The notes under the pieces: model-generated
Databases searched by the model: none
The model's input: the letters and a program-made list of their open reading frames with translations, nothing else
Told to the model about the DNA's origin: nothing
Program-made: the position numbers and the translations under genes
In this document: positions 58,577 to 64,000 of the stretch, piece by piece
How positions within the stretch are numbered: position 1 is the first letter of the stretch
Layout of the letters: every line of letters begins with the position of its first letter
NCBI GenBank assembly: GCA_963771275.1
Contig: CAVYSW010000003.1
Location: forward strand, 1,344,001 to 1,408,000
Length of the DNA: 64,000 nucleotides
DNA from: an uncultured Gemmatimonadales bacterium
GTDB lineage: Bacteria; Gemmatimonadota; Gemmatimonadetes; Gemmatimonadales; GWC2-71-9
Reading direction: 5' to 3'

Positions 58577-59879
58577 GCGCTCGCCTGGCGGAACGCCTCA
58601 CCGGCCGCGTCGATCACGTGCGCGATCGCCTGGTCGTCATGGGCGGCGGAGACGAACATGGCCTCGTAGGAGGAGGGTGGGAGCCACACGCCGCGGTCGA
58701 GCATCGCCCGGAAGAACCGCGCGAACAGGGCGTGATCGCACGCCTGGGCGTCGGCGAAGTTCACCACGGGGCGGTCGAGCAGGGCCATGCCCAGCATGCC
58801 GCCCGTCGCACCGGCCTGGAGCGCAACCCCCGCGGCCGCCGCCGCGCGCCGCAGTCCGTCCGTGAGCTGCACGGCGCGGCTCTCCAGCGTCCGGTAGAAA
58901 CCTTCGGCGCGGCACAGGGTCAGGGTGGCGATCCCGGCCGCCATGCCCAGCGGATTGCCGCTCAGGGTCCCTGCCTGATACACCGGTCCCGAGGGGCTCA
59001 CCCGCTCCATCAAGGCTCTGGGGCCCCCAAAGGCCGCGACCGGCATGCCGCCGCCGATCACCTTGCCGAGGCAGGTGAGGTCGGGGCGCACGCCGCAGAC
59101 GTTCTGATAGCCGCCCCAGGCCACCCGGAACCCGGTCATCACCTCGTCGAACACGAGCAGGCTCCCGTGCCGATCGCACAGCGCGCGGAGCCCCTCGAGG
59201 AACCCGTCCAGCGGCTCGACGTAGCCCATGTTGCCTGCAATCGGCTCCACCAGGATGGCGGCGATCTCGGTCCCGTGCCGGTCCATGATGCGCCGCCATC
59301 GCCGGCAGGTCGTTGAACGGCGCCAGCATGCGTCTCGGCGGCGTAGGCCGCCGGCACGCCGGCCGAGTCGGGGACGCCGAACGTAGCGGCGCCCGAGCCC
59401 GCGGCCACCAACAGGCCGTCGACGTGCCCGTGGTAACACCCGATGAACTTCAAGACCTTGGTTCGGCCGGTCGCAGCGCGGACCAGCCGGACGGCGCTCA
59501 TCGTGGCCTCCGTGCCGCTGTTCACGAACCGCACCACCTCGATCGACGGGAGCGCCGCGACGATCAGCTCCGCCAGCTCGGCCTCGGCCGCGCAGCACGC
59601 GCCGAAGCTCAAGCCGCGCGCGGCGGCGTCGGCCACCGCGCGGACCACCGCGGGGTGGGCGTGGCCCACGACCGCCGTGCCCCAGCTCCCGACCAGATCC
59701 ACGTAGCGCGCGCCGTCCACATCACAGACGTAGGCGCCTTCCATGCGATCGACGAAGACCGGGCGGCCCCCCACCGCGCGGAACGCGCGGACCGGGCTGT
59801 TGACACCGCCCACCAGCACGCGGCACGCGCGCTCGAAAAGCGCGGCGGAGCGGGGTCGGGCGCCGGGGCGTTCGGTCAT
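58573..59879 (-). CDS. hemL: Glutamate-1-semialdehyde 2,1-aminomutase; two frameshifts at ~59297 and ~59329
   Basis: [24 protein letters not shown] in one frame; LAPFND in a second; [33 protein letters not shown] in a third. Confidence 0.9.
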
Positions 59880-60011
59880 GTCTTCCTGGGATCCTCCGAC
59901 CCATAATGTAGTGCGTCGTTGGGAGGGCGGCCGCGCCGGTGGACCCTTCCTCGAACATCCGCGTAGCACTGTGCGTACACGAATCAGGCCCAAGCCCAGC
60001 AGAGCGACGAC

Positions 60012-61121
60012 GTGCGAATCCCAACCCCCGTGCCGGTTTTCCTGGCGGCGGCCCTGGCCGCCGCCTGCGCATCCCATCCCGCGCCGCGTTCGGCCCGCGT
60101 GGCCGTGACCGTGGCCACGGTCGAGCGGCGCGCGATGCCCGTCGAGATCGCGGCCACCGGCACCGTCGAGCCGATCAACTCGGTGGACGTCACCTCCCAG
60201 GTCACCGGCATGCTGCGGCGCGTCCGCTTTGCCGAGGGGGCCGAGGTCGCGGCGGGGCAGGTCCTGTTCGAGATCGATCCGCGCCCCTTCCAGGCGGCGG
60301 TCCAGGCGGCCGAAGCCAACCTGGCGCGCGACGTGGCGCAGGCGGAGAACGCCGCCATTGACGCCGACCGCTACCGGACGCTGGTCAAGGACGCCTCCGT
60401 CACGCAATCGGACTACCAGCAGAGGCAGGCCGCGGCGGACGGGCTGGCGGCCGCCGTGCGCGCCGACTCGGCGGCGCTCACGGCCGCGCGACTCAACCTC
60501 GAGTACGCCACCATCACGGCGCCGATCTCCGGCCGCACCGGCAGCCTGCTGGTGCACGAGGGGAACCAGGTGCGGAGCAGCGGGTCGACGCCGCTGGTCA
60601 CGATCTACCAGCTGCGGCCGATCCTGGTGCGGTTCGCCATCCCGGCGATCCAGCTGCCCGACCTCCAGCGACGGATCGGCCGCGCGCTCCGGGTGCTGGC
60701 GCGCCCGGCGCACGCCGCGACCCCGATCGCGGGCGAGCTGTCGTTCGTCGACAATCACGTGGACTCGACCACCGGCACGGTGCTGCTCAAGGCGCGCTAC
60801 GCCAACGCGGACCGCACGCTGTGGCCCGGCGAGTTCGTGGACGTGACGCTGGTGCTCGACGTTCAGCCCGACGCCGTCGTGGTGCCGGCCCAGGCGGTGC
60901 TCGCCGGCCAGCAGGGGACGTACGCCTTCATCGTGCACCCGGACAGCACGGTGGAGCAGCGTCCCGTCACCGTCGACCGGACGATCGACACGCTGTCCGT
61001 GATCAAGGACGGTCTGGCGCCGGGCATGGTGGTCGTGACGGACGGCCAGCTGCGGCTGGTGCCGAACGCCCGCGTCGAGATCCGGGCGGGCCCCAGGGCC
61101 GACAGCGCGGTGGCACGGTGA
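60012..61121 (+). CDS. RND efflux periplasmic adaptor (MdtA-like lipoprotein)
   Basis: LAAAC lipobox, [33 protein letters not shown]. Confidence 0.92.
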   Translation: MRIPTPVPVFLAAALAAACASHPAPRSARVAVTVATVERRAMPVEIAATGTVEPINSVDVTSQVTGMLRRVRFAEGAEVAAGQVLFEIDPRPFQAAVQAAEANLARDVAQAENAAIDADRYRTLVKDASVTQSDYQQRQAAADGLAAAVRADSAALTAARLNLEYATITAPISGRTGSLLVHEGNQVRSSGSTPLVTIYQLRPILVRFAIPAIQLPDLQRRIGRALRVLARPAHAATPIAGELSFVDNHVDSTTGTVLLKARYANADRTLWPGEFVDVTLVLDVQPDAVVVPAQAVLAGQQGTYAFIVHPDSTVEQRPVTVDRTIDTLSVIKDGLAPGMVVVTDGQLRLVPNARVEIRAGPRADSAVAR

Positions 61122-64000
61122 GCATCTCCGACCTGTTCATCCGGCGGCCGGTCGCCACGACGCTCGTGATGACCGGGATCCTGCTGTTCGGCCTGATGGG
61201 GTACCGCCTGCTGCCGGTGAGCGACCTGCCCAACATCGACTACCCGACGATCACGGTATCGGCGGGGTTGCCGGGCGCGAGTCCGGAGACCATGGCGTCC
61301 GCCGTGGCGACACCGCTCGAGAAGCAGTTCTCGACCATCGCGGGGCTCGACGCGATGACCTCGTCCAGCTCGCTGGGCGGAACGTCGATCACGCTGCAGT
61401 TCGACCTCTCGCGCGACATCGACGCCGCCGCGCAGGACGTCCAGGCCGCGATCTCGAAGGTGCTGCGCCAGCTGCCATCCGGGATGCTGCCGCCGTCCTA
61501 TCAGAAGGTGAACCCCGCCGATTCGCCGATTCTCTATCTCGCGCTCACGTCGCCCACGCTGCCGCTCTCGGTGCTCGACGAGTACGCCGAGACGTTCATC
61601 GCGCAGCGCCTCTCCACGGTGTCGGGCGTGGCGCAGGTCAGCGTGTTCGGCGCGCAGAAGTACGCGGTGCGGATCCAGCTCGATCCGCGGGCCCTGGCGG
61701 ATCGCGGCATCGGCCTGGACCAGGTGACGAACGCCGTCGCGGCGGGCAACCCCAACCTGCCGACGGGGACGCTGTGGGGGCCACAGCGCGCCTACACGGT
61801 GCGCGCGGACGGCCAGATCGAGAGCGCCCCGGAGTTCCGGTCGATCGTGATCGCCTATCGCAACGGCAACCCGGTGCGGCTCGAGGACGTGGCGCGGGTG
61901 CTGGACGACGTGCAGGACAACCGGACGGCGAGCTGGTTCGACGGCACGCGATCCATGGTGCTCGCCATCCAGCGCCAGCCGGGCACCAACACCGTGGCGG
62001 TGGCCGACGCCGTGAAGCGGGCGCTCGCCGATCTCGCGCCGCAGCTCCCGGCGTCGGTGCAGGTGACCACGCTGTACGACCGCTCGATCTCGATCCGCGA
62101 CTCGGTGCACGACGTGAAGGTGACCCTCACGATCACCCTGTGCCTCGTGGTGATGGTGATCTTCCTGTTCCTGCGCAACCTGTCGGCGACGGTGATCCCC
62201 AGTCTCGCGCTGCCGCTCTCGATCATCGGGACGTTCGCGGCGATGTACCTGCTCGGCTTCAGCATGGACAACCTGTCACTGATGGCGCTGACGCTGTGCG
62301 TGGGCTTCGTGGTGGACGACGCCATCGTGATGCTGGAGAACATCGTCCGGCACCTGGAGATGGGGAAGCCGGCGCTCAGGGCGGCGCTCGACGGGGCGCG
62401 CGAGATCGGGTTCACCATCGTCTCGATGACGCTGTCGCTGGTGGCGGTGTTCATCCCGGTTCTGCTGATGGGCGGCCTCGTCGGCCGGCTGTTCCGCGAG
62501 TTTGCCGTGACGATCGCAATCGCGATCCTGGTTTCGGGGTTCGTGTCCCTCACGCTCACGCCGATGCTGTGCAGCCGGTTCCTCCGCCCGTCGCGCGACG
62601 CGCGGCACGGCCGCTTCTACGAGGCGACCGAGCGGATCTACCGCGGCGTGCTGGGCGCGTACGAGCGGAGCCTCGCCTGGGTGATGGACCGGCGGCCCGC
62701 GGCGCTGGCCTTTTCGGGCGCCATCCTCGCCGGCACGGTGGGGTTGTTCGTCTTGGTGCCGAAGGGGTTCATCCCCACGGAGGACACGGGCTCGATCTCC
62801 GGGAACACCGAGACCGTCGAAGGCACCTCGTTCGAGGCCATGCGCGATCACCAGCTCGCCGTGGCGGACGTGCTGCGCCACGATCCCAACATCGAGCACT
62901 TCATGGCGTCGGTGGGCGGCGGCACGATGAACCAGGGCCGCGTGATCATCCACCTGAAGCCGCTCGGGCGCCGGCTCCCCGCCGAGCAGGTGATCCGCGA
63001 GCTCACGCCGAAGCTCGCCGCGGTGCCGGGGATCCGGACCTACCTCCAGGTCCCGCCGGTCATCCGGATCGGTGGCCGGCCGACCAAGACGCAGTACCAG
63101 TTCACGCTGCAGAGCGCCGACATCGCGACGCTGTACGCCGGCGCGGCCCAGCTCGAGAGCCGGCTGCGCGTGCTGCCGCAGCTCCAGGACGTGACCAGCG
63201 ACCTCCAGATCAAGAACCCCGAGGCGGCGATCCACATCGACCGCGACCGCGCGGCCGCGCTCGGTGTGACGGTGCAGCAGATCGAGCAGGCGCTGTACAA
63301 CGCGTACGGCTCCCGTCAGATCTCCACCATCTACACGCCGAACAACCAGTACTGGGTCATCATGGAGCTGCTGCCGGAGTACCAGCGCGACCCGTCGGCG
63401 CTGGGCCTGCTGCGCATCAGCTCGGACAAGGGGGCGCTGGTGCCGCTCGCGGCGGTGGCGACGGTGACCCCGAGCCTGGGGCCGCTCACGGTGAACCACA
63501 GCGGCCAGCTGCCGTCGGTTACGCTGTCGTTCAACCTGCCGCCCAACGCGTCGCTCGGCGCGGCGGTGAGCGAGGTCGAGCGCGCGGCGCGCCAGACCCT
63601 GCCGTCCACGATCTCCACCGGCTTCGCCGGCACGGCGCAGGCGTTCCAGGCGAGCCAGCAGGGCCTGCTGTTCCTGCTGGGCCTCGCCGTGCTGGTGATC
63701 TACCTGGTGCTGGGGGTCCTGTACGAGAGCTTCGTCCACCCGCTCACCATTCTCTCGGGGCTGCCGTTCGCGGGCTTCGGGGCGCTGCTCACGCTGCTGA
63801 TCTTCCGCACCGAGCTGAGCGTGTACGCGTTCGTCGGGATCATCATGCTGGTGGGGCTGGTCAAGAAGAACGCCATCATGATGATCGACTTCGCGCTGGC
63901 CGCCGAGCGCGAGGAGGGGAAGTCGCCGCGCGACGCCATCCTCCAGGCGGCCAGCGTGCGGTTCCGGCCGATCATGATGACCACGATGTCGGCGTTGATG
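61118..64000 (+). CDS. RND efflux permease (MdtB/MdtC-like); runs off the right edge
   Basis: Not in the ORF track. From GTG 61118: [59 protein letters not shown]. Confidence 0.93.
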   Translation, partial: MSISDLFIRRPVATTLVMTGILLFGLMGYRLLPVSDLPNIDYPTITVSAGLPGASPETMASAVATPLEKQFSTIAGLDAMTSSSSLGGTSITLQFDLSRDIDAAAQDVQAAISKVLRQLPSGMLPPSYQKVNPADSPILYLALTSPTLPLSVLDEYAETFIAQRLSTVSGVAQVSVFGAQKYAVRIQLDPRALADRGIGLDQVTNAVAAGNPNLPTGTLWGPQRAYTVRADGQIESAPEFRSIVIAYRNGNPVRLEDVARVLDDVQDNRTASWFDGTRSMVLAIQRQPGTNTVAVADAVKRALADLAPQLPASVQVTTLYDRSISIRDSVHDVKVTLTITLCLVVMVIFLFLRNLSATVIPSLALPLSIIGTFAAMYLLGFSMDNLSLMALTLCVGFVVDDAIVMLENIVRHLEMGKPALRAALDGAREIGFTIVSMTLSLVAVFIPVLLMGGLVGRLFREFAVTIAIAILVSGFVSLTLTPMLCSRFLRPSRDARHGRFYEATERIYRGVLGAYERSLAWVMDRRPAALAFSGAILAGTVGLFVLVPKGFIPTEDTGSISGNTETVEGTSFEAMRDHQLAVADVLRHDPNIEHFMASVGGGTMNQGRVIIHLKPLGRRLPAEQVIRELTPKLAAVPGIRTYLQVPPVIRIGGRPTKTQYQFTLQSADIATLYAGAAQLESRLRVLPQLQDVTSDLQIKNPEAAIHIDRDRAAALGVTVQQIEQALYNAYGSRQISTIYTPNNQYWVIMELLPEYQRDPSALGLLRISSDKGALVPLAAVATVTPSLGPLTVNHSGQLPSVTLSFNLPPNASLGAAVSEVERAARQTLPSTISTGFAGTAQAFQASQQGLLFLLGLAVLVIYLVLGVLYESFVHPLTILSGLPFAGFGALLTLLIFRTELSVYAFVGIIMLVGLVKKNAIMMIDFALAAEREEGKSPRDAILQAASVRFRPIMMTTMSALM

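Noticed and set aside
1..64000. Integrase, transposase, tRNA attachment site, rRNA or CRISPR array marking island borders
   Set aside because: None was recognised by eye; a tRNA/Rfam scan would be needed to exclude small RNAs.

Overview
High-GC (about 70% by eye) bacterial window, almost entirely filled by a self-contained dissimilatory sulfate-reduction supercluster (about 2.5-59.9 kb). A co-directional minus-strand run of about 36 kb encodes rex, aprBA, two small conserved Cys proteins, qmoABC, sat, an OsmC protein, dsrC-T-M-K-J-O-P-A-B-D-L-N, two cytidylate-kinase-like proteins, a TauE exporter with a DUF1634 partner, siroheme genes (including a degenerate ferrochelatase::HemA fusion), a receiver-only phosphorelay, a CBS protein and a DASS transporter. 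To the left are a MerR/Cys-rich regulator coupled to a second dsrMK-like pair, a YeiH-type exporter, a short cbiX and cobA-hemD. To the right are hemB, an OrpR-like sigma54 activator with a sigma54 promoter in front of an Hmc-like membrane redox complex (its NrfD subunit is fused to a hexaheme cytochrome), two tandem secreted paralogs, hemC and hemL. A hybrid sensor kinase and an RND efflux pair flank the cluster and run off the window edges. Several single-base frameshifts and one chimeric junction may be sequencing or assembly errors. No tRNA, rRNA, CRISPR array, transposase or integrase was recognised. Family assignments come from motif recognition by eye, not database searches.
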